Shown one piece after another: positions 51,482-61,907 of a stretch of 64,000 nt of DNA; within the stretch, counting starts at the first letter, position 1, and every line of letters starts with the position of its first letter. Source of the DNA: an uncultured Acidobacteriota bacterium (GTDB taxonomy: Bacteria; Acidobacteriota; Blastocatellia; RBC074); the NCBI GenBank assembly GCA_963796275.1, contig CAWCKY010000006.1:1280001-1344000 (forward strand), read 5' to 3'. Position numbers and translations under genes: made by a program. The notes below the pieces were generated by a model. It had not been told where the DNA came from. It did no database searches and was given only the letters and a program-made list of their open reading frames with translations.

Positions 51482-51964
51482 TTATCGATTCTCGCCGTTT
51501 GACCTCGCATTTGACCGGTGTTCGAATTTGCCGAATATAGTGAGTATGATCCAGGACAGGATAGTGCTCATCAAAGCCAGCGGCAGGCGCCCTAATCCAA
51601 CGGCTACACCAACGGCCGCAGTCATCCAGATGCCGGCTGCCGTGGTCAGCCCTTCGATCTCGCGTTGCTCGTGTAGTTTGAGGATAGCCCCGCCTCCGAT
51701 GAATCCGATTCCGGTGGCAAGCCCCTGGATTACCCTGGATAGACCATCCCAATCCATCCCGCCTTCTAGAGGCGCAAGTACAAAGAGAGCCGCGCCCAGA
51801 GAGACCAGCATATGTGTTCTTAGCCCCGCCGGCTTGCCCGTCCTCTCACGCTGAAATCCGATCAATGCGCCAAAAAGCATAGCGGCGAGCAGCCGGACGA
51901 TTATACGCACAAACTGCCTTCTATCAGGCATTCCCGCGAGAAGTTCCTCTAAAATGATGTCCAT
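51482..51964 (-). CDS. mgtC: MgtC/SapB family membrane protein
   Basis: GFQRE...AGLRTHMLVSLG, GIGFIGGG and GLTTAAGIW. Confidence 0.88.
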   Translation of the reverse strand: MDIILEELLAGMPDRRQFVRIIVRLLAAMLFGALIGFQRERTGKPAGLRTHMLVSLGAALFVLAPLEGGMDWDGLSRVIQGLATGIGFIGGGAILKLHEQREIEGLTTAAGIWMTAAVGVAVGLGRLPLALMSTILSWIILTIFGKFEHRSNARSNGENR

Positions 51965-52100
51965 TCGCGATTCGCCCCCACGTCTATCTGGGGAGAGAAA
52001 GGAGATTGTTTGTCAGGGAGTATTGTTTATAGTTTTTGATAACATGTTTTTCGCAAGCTCCGGAGCGGAGCGATTCCAATGACCTTCTATTTGCAATCAT

Positions 52101-52577
52101 TCAATATTTGCCGTAGCCGCTGTCATGCGGCAATCCATTTTGTTTGGCGGCGCACACGGCCAATTCATCGCACCGCTCATTCTCTTTGTTCCCGGCATGT
52201 CCTCTGACCCAGACAAATTTGACTTCGTGCTGCGCGCATAAGGTGAGCAGTTGTTCCCACAGGTCGGCATTAACAGCCATCTCCTTTTTGTTTCTTCTCC
52301 ACCCATTCGCCTTCCACCGGCTTGCCCAGCCCAGCGTGATAGCGTTTACCACATACTGTGAATCGCTATAAATGGTTACATCGCAGTTCGCGTTCAGTGC
52401 CTTCAACCCGGCTATCGCTGCGAAAATTTCCATGCGGTTGTTTGTGGTCAGGCGAAAACCGCCTGATATTTCTTTTCTGGTATTTTGATATAACAGAACG
52501 GCGCCATATCCCCCGGGTCCGGGGTTGCCCAAACATGCACCGTCAGTGTAAATAACAACTTTTTTTGTATCAGACAT
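52101..52577 (-). CDS. rnhA: Ribonuclease HI
   Basis: [31 protein letters not shown] and [12 protein letters not shown]. Confidence 0.96.
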   Translation of the reverse strand: MSDTKKVVIYTDGACLGNPGPGGYGAVLLYQNTRKEISGGFRLTTNNRMEIFAAIAGLKALNANCDVTIYSDSQYVVNAITLGWASRWKANGWRRNKKEMAVNADLWEQLLTLCAQHEVKFVWVRGHAGNKENERCDELAVCAAKQNGLPHDSGYGKY

Positions 52578-53139
52578 CGTTGTGTTTATCTTCCAACCTC
52601 TTTCTAGTATGACGTACTGCTTCGTCGTAATGTTCTTCTAACGCTCGGTTCACTCCTCTCAGCCCTAAAACGACATCGTCTGCCCAATCCAGGTAACCCA
52701 GTCTTCTTTCAATAGACCATTCTTTTGGGGGGCTGTTACCAATATCATTTATATTGCTGATCTTGTCGGCCAGTTTGATCAGCTTTGCGGCTGTAGATTT
52801 ATGATGGGAATTGGCGACCTGAAGACGCTTTCTCTCCTCTTTCGGTAAAGTTTTGTCGTCAGAAACCTCTTCGACTAAATTTAATACTTCTTTGCCGAAT
52901 AATGCCTCGATCTCGCTCGGAGTGGCATCCGTATCTTCGAGTGTGTCGTGTAGGATGGCCGCCACGATCGTATCAATATCGCGAACCGAGCCGATTCGCC
53001 ATAGTATATCAGCAACAGTGATAGGATGGTTTATGTAAGGAGAGGCATCGGCTCCCTTCCGCCTTTGATTACGGTGTTTGTGGGCGGAATACTTGATCGC
53101 AGAAATAAGGAGGGAAATTTGTTTTTCGTCTGCATTCAT
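52570..53139 (-). CDS. Small alarmone hydrolase (RelA/SpoT HD domain, Mesh1-like)
   Basis: HRNQRRKG...[24 protein letters not shown] and IKLADKISN; no synthetase domain; overlaps rnhA by 8 nt; probable start ATG 53139. Confidence 0.88.
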   Translation of the reverse strand: MNADEKQISLLISAIKYSAHKHRNQRRKGADASPYINHPITVADILWRIGSVRDIDTIVAAILHDTLEDTDATPSEIEALFGKEVLNLVEEVSDDKTLPKEERKRLQVANSHHKSTAAKLIKLADKISNINDIGNSPPKEWSIERRLGYLDWADDVVLGLRGVNRALEEHYDEAVRHTRKRLEDKHNDV

Positions 53140-53218
53140 AATATTGCCTATCTGTTTTCCAAGTTCCAATTATCATTTATCATCTGACTTTGCTTAGTTT
53201 TGTAGATTGAATAATAAA

Positions 53219-54622
53219 ATGCTACTGACAATTACTACAACACATTCACCGGCGACAGATCTCGGGTATTTACTGCACAAAAATCCGGCTCGCACACAAA
53301 CATTCGACCTGAGCTTCGGCCGGGCACATGTTTTCTATCCCGAAGCCCGGGAAGAGAGATGCACGGCCGCATTGCTGCTCGATATTGATCCCGTCGGACT
53401 TGTGCGTGGAAGGCATGGGCCCGCGGGTGAGGGCGGCATGCTGGGGCAATATGTCAATGACCGACCATACGTTGCCTCGTCATTTTTGAGCGTTGCCATC
53501 TCGCAAATATTTGGCACAGCGATGTCCGGACGGAGCAAGGAAAGGCCGGAATTAGCAGAAACGGCGCTGCCGTTTCAAGTAAAGATCACCGCTCTACCGT
53601 GTCGCGGAGGTAAAGATGTGTTGCAGAGGTTGTTTGAGCCACTCGGTTACGAGGTGAGGGCGCAGAGCCACGTCCTTGATGATAGTTTTCCCGAGTGGGG
53701 CGACAGCATGTATTTCACCGTTGAACTGGATGTCATAGCGCGTTTGCGCCAATTACTTGCGCATATATATGTGCTCGTTCCGGTGCTCGATGCCGACAAG
53801 CACTACTGGATAGGCGATGCGGAGGTGGAGAAACTGCTGCGGCACGGTGAGGACTGGCTGGCGTCACATCCTGAGCGCGAGCTGGTCGTCAGACGCTATC
53901 TGAAGCATCGCAAGCAGCTGACGCAGCAGGCGTTTGAGAGATTGCTTGAGGAGGACAATCGAAACGCCGATGAAAAAGCCGAGTCCCACTCTCGTGAAGA
54001 GGATGTTTGGGAAGCGAAGATCAGCCTCAGCCAGCAACGGCTCGATACGGTTGTGTCTGTTTTGAAGGAACATGATGCGAGACGCGTCATTGATCTGGGC
54101 TGCGGCGAGGGCGGGCTGCTAGGGGCACTGTTAAAAGACAAGTTCTTCATTGAGTTGCTCGGCGTCGATGTCTCATACCGCGCCCTGGAAGTTGCACAGG
54201 AGCGGTTGAAGCTGGATCATCTTCCGGATCATCAGAAATCGCGCATCAGACTGTTGCAAGGATCTCTGACATACCGCGACAGGCGGTTAGCGGGCTTTGA
54301 TGCGGCCACCGTGGTTGAGGTGATCGAACATCTCGATCCGCCGCGACTGGTGGCGTTTGAGAGATCGCTCTTCGAATTCGCCCGGCCACCGATCGTATTG
54401 ATCACCACGCCGAATGCCGAATACAACGTGAAGTTTGAAAACCTCCCCGCAGGTAACCTGCGGCACAGGGATCATCGGTTCGAATGGACTCGCGCAGAAT
54501 TTCAGCAATGGGCTGTAAATGTGGCGCAAAGATTCGGATATTCGGTTCGCTTTCTTACTATCGGACCGGTCGATGATGTCCTGGGAGCTCCGAGCCAGTT
54601 GGGAGTATTTACCAAGATATGA
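53219..54622 (+). CDS. hen1: Bacterial Hen1: 3'-terminal RNA ribose 2'-O-methyltransferase with N-terminal ligase-activating domain
   Basis: MLLTITTT...DLGYLLHKNP, YVNDRPY, SAM motif DLGCGEG, EVIEH and RHRDHRFEW. Confidence 0.95.
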   Translation: MLLTITTTHSPATDLGYLLHKNPARTQTFDLSFGRAHVFYPEAREERCTAALLLDIDPVGLVRGRHGPAGEGGMLGQYVNDRPYVASSFLSVAISQIFGTAMSGRSKERPELAETALPFQVKITALPCRGGKDVLQRLFEPLGYEVRAQSHVLDDSFPEWGDSMYFTVELDVIARLRQLLAHIYVLVPVLDADKHYWIGDAEVEKLLRHGEDWLASHPERELVVRRYLKHRKQLTQQAFERLLEEDNRNADEKAESHSREEDVWEAKISLSQQRLDTVVSVLKEHDARRVIDLGCGEGGLLGALLKDKFFIELLGVDVSYRALEVAQERLKLDHLPDHQKSRIRLLQGSLTYRDRRLAGFDAATVVEVIEHLDPPRLVAFERSLFEFARPPIVLITTPNAEYNVKFENLPAGNLRHRDHRFEWTRAEFQQWAVNVAQRFGYSVRFLTIGPVDDVLGAPSQLGVFTKI

Positions 54623-57210
54623 AGCTCAATCTACCGGAACTGTCTCTCGTCGTTCTGATCGGCGCCTCGGGTTCCGGAAAGTCGACTTTTGCGCGAAAGC
54701 ATTTCAAACCGACAGAGGTGATATCGTCGGATTACTGTCGAGGTTTGGTGTCGGACGACGAGAATAGCCTGGATGCGACTAAGGATGCTTTTGAGATTTT
54801 AAATTTCATTGCTGCAAAAAGGCTCGCAGCCGGTAGATTGACGGTCATAGACGCTACCAGCGTCCAGCCTGAAGCGCGCAAGCCTCTGATAACGCTGGCG
54901 CGCGAATATCACGTGTTGCCGGTTGCCATCGTTCTCAACCTCCCTGAAAAGGTCTGCCAGGATCGCAATAAGCTACGTCCGGATCGCAACTTCGGCTCGC
55001 ACGTCATCAGACAGCAGCAACAGAGACTGAGGCGATCGCTTAATGATTTGGAGAAGGAGGGATTTCGGAACGTCTACATCCTGAGATCGCCGGAAGAGAT
55101 TGATGCTGTCACGATCGAACGGCAAAGGCTCTGGAATGATCGGCGGGATGAACACGGCCCGTTTGACATCATCGGAGATGTGCATGGCTGCTACGACGAG
55201 CTGACGAACCTGTTGGAGAAACTCGGCTACGAGATTAAGTCGGTCAGTCCGGATGGTCCACCGGCCGGCGATAACCTGGTTTATGAGCATCCGCAGAAGC
55301 GGAAAGCCATATTCCTCGGCGACCTGGTCGACCGTGGGCCACGAATTCTCGAGACCTTGGAGCTCGTCAAGAATATGGTCGTGGCGGAGTCGGCTTTGTG
55401 CGTGCCAGGCAATCACGATGTCAAGTTCGCCAGGCTCCTCCGCGGTCGCAACGTGAGACTCGCGCACGGACTCGATCAGAGTAAGGCCGAGATGGACGCA
55501 TTGCCGGAGGCTCTGCGCAGTCGGTTAGCGACCGGTCTCGCCGATTTCATCGAATCGTTGGTGAGCCATTTTGTGCTGGATGATGGGGGACTCGTCGTAG
55601 CTCATGCGGGAATGAAAGAGACGCTCCAGGGTAGAAGCTCAGGGAAAGTTCGCGATTTCGCGCTCTACGGCGAAACGACCGGTGAGACGGATGAGTTCGG
55701 CTTGCCTGTACGTTATAACTGGGCGGCCGAGTATCGCGGCAAAAGCATGGTCGTATACGGTCACACGCCTGTGCCGGAAGCGGAATGGCTAAATAACACG
55801 ATCTGTATTGATACCGGATGTGTGTTCGGCGGTAAATTGACAGCATTGCGCTACCCGGAAAGAGAATTGGTCGCGGTTACTGCTGCGCGCGTTTATTACG
55901 ACTCGATCAAACCTCTTCTGACCATAAATGCGAGCTCGACACCGATGACGGCTCAGCAGGAGCATGATGACATCCTCGATATCGAAGATGTGTCGGGCAA
56001 GCGCATCATCCAGACCAGGCTGATTAGCAATGTGACGATTCGTGAAGAGAACGCGATCGCAGCGCTCGAGGTGATGAGCCGTTTCGCCGCGAACCCGAAA
56101 TGGTTGATCTATCTGCCTCCCACTATGTCGCCGCCGGCGACCGCGCAAGAAGCAGGACTGCTGGAACATCCGTCGGAGGCGTTCTCCTATTTCGCGAACG
56201 AAGGCGTGGCGCAGGTTGTCTGCCAAGAGAAGCACATGGGATCGCGCGCCATAGTGATCGTTTGCCGCGACGAGGGCGCGGCGCACAAGCGATTCGGTAT
56301 TGCCGGCGAAGGCAGAGGCATAGTCTATACGCGCACGGGGCGGCGCTTCTTCGATGATCGAGATATCGAGACCGAATTTGTTAGTCGTTTGCATACGGCC
56401 GTCGGCGCAGCCGGGTTTTGGGAGGAGTTCGATACCGATTGGGTCTGTCTTGATTGTGAATTGATGCCATGGTCGGCTAAGGCGCAGGAATTGCTGCGCC
56501 GGCAGTATGCGGCGGTCGGTGCGGCTGCACGCGCTTCTCTACCTGCCGTCCTTGCATCGCTGCAGCAAGCTGCTGAACGCGACAGCGATGCCGCGCGACT
56601 GCTGGAGCGCTACCGGGAATCCGCTGAATTGATAGAAAAATACGTTAATAGCTATCGACATTACTGCTGGCCGGTGCATTCAGTCGATGACCTGAAGCTT
56701 GCGCCTTTTCATCTACTGGCGACCGAAGGTGTGGCGCACGTAATGAGAGATCATGTCTGGCATATGAAGACGCTGGGTCGCCTCTGCCGCGCCGATGAGG
56801 GTCTATTGCTGGCTACCGATTATAAAGTTATTGAAATTTCTGATGAATCCAACCGGCGCGCGGGAATCGAGTGGTGGGAATCGCTGACCAGCCGAGGCGG
56901 CGAAGGGATGGTAGTGAAACCTCTCGATTTCATCGTCAATGGGCGTCGAGGGCTGGCCCAGCCGGCGGTTAAATGTCGCGGGCGTGAATACCTTCGGATA
57001 ATTTACGGGCCTGAGTACACGATTGCAGGTAACCTGGAGAGGCTCCGGGAGCGGGAGTTGCGTCACAAACGCTCTCTGGCGCTGCGCGAATTCACGTTAG
57101 GCCTAGAAGCTCTCGAGAGATTCGTTCTCCGCGAACCGCTACGGCGCGTTCATGAATGTGTCTTCGGCGTTCTAGCTCTGGAGAGCGAACCGATCGATCC
57201 GCGACTTTGA
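54619..57210 (+). CDS. pnkp: Polynucleotide kinase-phosphatase-ligase (Pnkp)
   Basis: P-loop GASGSGKS; metallophosphoesterase GDVHG, GDLVDRG and GNHD; ligase motifs EKHMGSR, EGMVVKP and VKCRG; ATGA overlap with hen1. Confidence 0.95.
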   Translation: MKLNLPELSLVVLIGASGSGKSTFARKHFKPTEVISSDYCRGLVSDDENSLDATKDAFEILNFIAAKRLAAGRLTVIDATSVQPEARKPLITLAREYHVLPVAIVLNLPEKVCQDRNKLRPDRNFGSHVIRQQQQRLRRSLNDLEKEGFRNVYILRSPEEIDAVTIERQRLWNDRRDEHGPFDIIGDVHGCYDELTNLLEKLGYEIKSVSPDGPPAGDNLVYEHPQKRKAIFLGDLVDRGPRILETLELVKNMVVAESALCVPGNHDVKFARLLRGRNVRLAHGLDQSKAEMDALPEALRSRLATGLADFIESLVSHFVLDDGGLVVAHAGMKETLQGRSSGKVRDFALYGETTGETDEFGLPVRYNWAAEYRGKSMVVYGHTPVPEAEWLNNTICIDTGCVFGGKLTALRYPERELVAVTAARVYYDSIKPLLTINASSTPMTAQQEHDDILDIEDVSGKRIIQTRLISNVTIREENAIAALEVMSRFAANPKWLIYLPPTMSPPATAQEAGLLEHPSEAFSYFANEGVAQVVCQEKHMGSRAIVIVCRDEGAAHKRFGIAGEGRGIVYTRTGRRFFDDRDIETEFVSRLHTAVGAAGFWEEFDTDWVCLDCELMPWSAKAQELLRRQYAAVGAAARASLPAVLASLQQAAERDSDAARLLERYRESAELIEKYVNSYRHYCWPVHSVDDLKLAPFHLLATEGVAHVMRDHVWHMKTLGRLCRADEGLLLATDYKVIEISDESNRRAGIEWWESLTSRGGEGMVVKPLDFIVNGRRGLAQPAVKCRGREYLRIIYGPEYTIAGNLERLRERELRHKRSLALREFTLGLEALERFVLREPLRRVHECVFGVLALESEPIDPRL

Positions 57211-57283
57211 ACAGACAGCTCACCGCCAAACCTGCATAGCTAAACGAAAGACATAAAGGAATCCTTTCATATTTGCTTAAAAT

Positions 57284-58921
<1,638 letters not shown>

Positions 58922-59056
58922 TCTCCCTCCTCTAAATTCTGTGATGTAAGCTGGGATTTTCGGATAAACCTTACTCGATCCCAGCTCCTGCTCCTGTCCC
59001 AATTGATTTCTCAACCCGAATGGCGAATTCCAGTATCTCACCCCCAGCTGATTTCA

Positions 59057-60463
59057 CTATGGATGTGTCATCTCTTCCGGCCGAATAAGCTCGTCAAATT
59101 CCGCGCCGGTCAGGCATCCGAGCCTCAGGCATGCTTCACGGAGCGTGATTCCTTCCACATAGGCAAGATGAGCGATCCTGGCTGCCTTGTCGTAGCCGAT
59201 CTTTGGACTCAGCGCGGTAACGAGCATGAGCGAGTTCTTGACGTAATAATCCACCTTTTCCCGGTTGATTGTCATGCCATCGATCATATATTTGACGAAA
59301 CCGTAGCACGCGTCGTGGATCAGAGTGACCGATTGCAAAAAGTTATGGATGATCACAGGTTTGAATACATTGAGTTCGAGGTTTCCCTGTGATCCGGCAA
59401 ATGAGATCGCGGCATTATTGCCATGCACCTGAACCGCGACCATCGACATAGCTTCGCACTGCGTCGGGTTGACTTTTCCCGGCATAATCGAGGAGCCGGG
59501 CTCGTTTTCAGGTAATCTCAGTTCGCCTATCCCGCAGCGCGGACCCGAGGCGAGCAGGCGAATATCATTGGCTATTTTCATCAGGGATCCGGCCAGCGTA
59601 TTGATCGCCCCGTGTGCAAAGACGAGTTCATCATGCGCAGAGAGCGCGGCGAATTTGTTCGGATGAGTGCGGAAGGGCAGCCCGGTCATTTCTGCGATCT
59701 TTGCCGCCATGCGTACGGCGAACTCAGGAGGAGCATTCAACCCGGTTCCGACTGCCGTACCTCCGATGGCGAGATCGTACAAACCGTCGAGCGCAATCTT
59801 CAGTCGTTCGATATCACGCTCGAGCAGACTGGCCCATCCCGACATCTCCTGTTCAACGGTGAGCGGCGTGGCGTCCTGCAGATGCGTGCGGCCGATCTTA
59901 ACTACGTCCGCCAGCTCCCTGGCCTTGGCCGCAATTGCCAAATGAACTCGCAGAACCGCGGGTATCAAGTCGTTGTGAATCCGTTCGGCCGCTGCAATGT
60001 GCATCGCGGTCGGGAACGCATCGTTCGACGATTGCGACATATTGACGTGGTCATTGGGATGGATGGGGTCCTTGGAACCCAGCTCGCCACCGGAGATCTC
60101 GATCGCGCGGTTGGCGATGACCTCGTTGATGTTCATGTTGGTCTGAGTGCCGCTTCCCGTCTGCCAGATGCGCAGAGGGAACTGGTCATCGAGTTTTCCG
60201 GAGATGACTTCATCGGCGGCTTGCGCGATGAGCGCCGCTTTTTCTGCCGGCAATCGTCCCAGCTCCATATTGACCTGGGCTGCCGCTGATTTCAGGAGGC
60301 CGAGCGCGCGTATCATTTCGTGCGGCATCTTGTCGCTTCCGATCTTGAAATGGATGAGCGAGCGTTCCGTCTGAGCGCCCCAGTAGACGTCGGCGGGTAC
60401 ATCGATCGGTCCCAGACTGTCGTTTTCGATGCGCTTCGCTTTTTTTGTTTTTGAGCGAGCCAT
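59057..60463 (-). CDS. fumC: Class II fumarate hydratase
   Basis: [30 protein letters not shown] and [11 protein letters not shown]. Confidence 0.96.
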   Translation of the reverse strand: MARSKTKKAKRIENDSLGPIDVPADVYWGAQTERSLIHFKIGSDKMPHEMIRALGLLKSAAAQVNMELGRLPAEKAALIAQAADEVISGKLDDQFPLRIWQTGSGTQTNMNINEVIANRAIEISGGELGSKDPIHPNDHVNMSQSSNDAFPTAMHIAAAERIHNDLIPAVLRVHLAIAAKARELADVVKIGRTHLQDATPLTVEQEMSGWASLLERDIERLKIALDGLYDLAIGGTAVGTGLNAPPEFAVRMAAKIAEMTGLPFRTHPNKFAALSAHDELVFAHGAINTLAGSLMKIANDIRLLASGPRCGIGELRLPENEPGSSIMPGKVNPTQCEAMSMVAVQVHGNNAAISFAGSQGNLELNVFKPVIIHNFLQSVTLIHDACYGFVKYMIDGMTINREKVDYYVKNSLMLVTALSPKIGYDKAARIAHLAYVEGITLREACLRLGCLTGAEFDELIRPEEMTHP

Positions 60464-60470
60464 GGCAAAA

Positions 60471-60638
60471 CAGTTCTCAGTTTTCAGTTTTCAGTTTTCA
60501 GTTGGGAATGTTGGTCAGCATCTAAAAACGGAAAACTGTTATCAGAGGAGGTAAATATATTAACATTATTGTCCAAAGCAGTTTCCCGATTTTATTTGGG
60601 GCCTACAACTGAAAACCGAAAACTGAAAACTGAAAACT
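60471..60638. repeat. Heptamer (GTTTTCA) inverted-repeat element upstream of fumC
   Basis: CAGTTCTCAGTTTTCAGTTTTCAGTTTTCAGTTG ... CAACTGAAAACCGAAAACTGAAAACTGAAAACT, with internal partial arms; same family as 7062-7150. Confidence 0.85.
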
Positions 60639-60827
60639 ATTTCTAGTCTGCAGGGTATCTGTACTCAACTTTTTTCCCTATAATGTCGCCATTCCGCAGA
60701 GACCCGGGAATCGGAGAGGGATTTTCCCACGACAGTCCATCGATACCGCGAATTTTGGTTTGTGGGGTAATTTGACTTTTGATTCCAGAATGTCAATCCA
60801 TCACTAAATACTGGAGGCTGAGAGATA

Positions 60828-61811
60828 ATGAAATCATTTTATAACCAACCTCTCGTTGGTTGCTTGATTGCGCTGTTAGCATTAGCCGGTCTGTCGTGCA
60901 ACTCGAACGAAACGAGAAGCGGAGAGGGTAAGACGCTGCGCCTGGCGTTCGTGACCAACAATTCTTCCGATTTCTGGACGATTGCGCGTAAAGGGACAGA
61001 AAAAGCTGATACTGAGCTGGAGAATGTCGAGGTCGAATTCAGAATCAATTCGGATGACACGGCGGCCGGACAGCAGCGCGTGGTAGACGATCTGCTCGCC
61101 AAGGGGGTCGATGGAATTGCCATCAGCCCCGTCGATCCGAAAAACCAGGTTCAGATGATCAACGCCGCATCGAGCAAGGCGCTGGTCATCACGCAGGACA
61201 GCGATGCGGCTGATAGTAATCGCACCTGCTACATCGGCACCGACAACGTGGCTGCCGGCAAGCAGGCAGGCGAACTGATAAAAGAGGCTCTGCCGCAGGG
61301 CGGAAATATCATGATTTTCGTTGGAATACTCGATGCCCAGAACGCGCGTGAGCGGAAGAGCGGGATTGAACAGGCGCTGGAGGGCTCGAACGTCAAAATC
61401 CTCGATGTCCGGACTGACAACGCCGACCGCGTGGCCGCTAAAAAGAATGCCGCTGATACACTGGTCAAATATCCCGATATATCCGCGCTCGTCGGCCTCT
61501 GGTCGTATAACGGCCCGGCCATCCTCAGCGCAGTCAAAGAGGCTGGGAAAGTCGGAAAAGTGAAGATCATCGCCTTCGACGAAGAGGATGATACGCTCGC
61601 GGGCATCAAGGAAGGAGCCATCTATGCGACGGTGGTTCAACAGCCCTTTAGATTTGGCTACCAATCGATACAGCTGATGACGAAAGTGATTGGCGGTGAC
61701 CGGTCCGATCTCACTCCATCGAAGCAGATCTATATTCCGACACTTATCATCAAGCAAGATAAGGTGGATGAGTTCATAACAGAAATCAATAAGCTGCGCG
61801 GTCGTAGCTGA
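60828..61811 (+). CDS. Sugar ABC transporter substrate-binding lipoprotein (RbsB-like)
   Basis: Lipobox LAGLSC; SDFWT, GVDGIAISP, YIGTDNVAAG, IIAFD and ATVVQQP. Confidence 0.9.
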   Translation: MKSFYNQPLVGCLIALLALAGLSCNSNETRSGEGKTLRLAFVTNNSSDFWTIARKGTEKADTELENVEVEFRINSDDTAAGQQRVVDDLLAKGVDGIAISPVDPKNQVQMINAASSKALVITQDSDAADSNRTCYIGTDNVAAGKQAGELIKEALPQGGNIMIFVGILDAQNARERKSGIEQALEGSNVKILDVRTDNADRVAAKKNAADTLVKYPDISALVGLWSYNGPAILSAVKEAGKVGKVKIIAFDEEDDTLAGIKEGAIYATVVQQPFRFGYQSIQLMTKVIGGDRSDLTPSKQIYIPTLIIKQDKVDEFITEINKLRGRS

Positions 61812-61818
61812 AGCGTTC

Positions 61819-61897
61819 CAGTAGAGAAGAGTATAAGCGACCTGAACGTGTGGCGGCCATTTTATCGTGGTTCAGGTCGCTTACGCTCCCGCTACTG
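61819..61897. repeat. REP-like palindrome between convergent genes
   Basis: CAGTAGAGAAGAGTATAAGCGACCTGAAC ... GTTCAGGTCGCTTACGCTCCCGCTACTG; same family as 4619-4717. Confidence 0.75.
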
Positions 61898-61907
61898 AAC
61901 CTTATCT

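Noticed and set aside
52101-52577. rnhA as part of a retron or other RT-linked system
   Set aside because: There is no reverse transcriptase in the window and the protein is a canonical stand-alone RNase HI.
60882-61757. 291-aa antisense ORF (likewise 38446-39246 and 31240-31968)
   Set aside because: Each mirrors a confident gene on the other strand and has no independent support.
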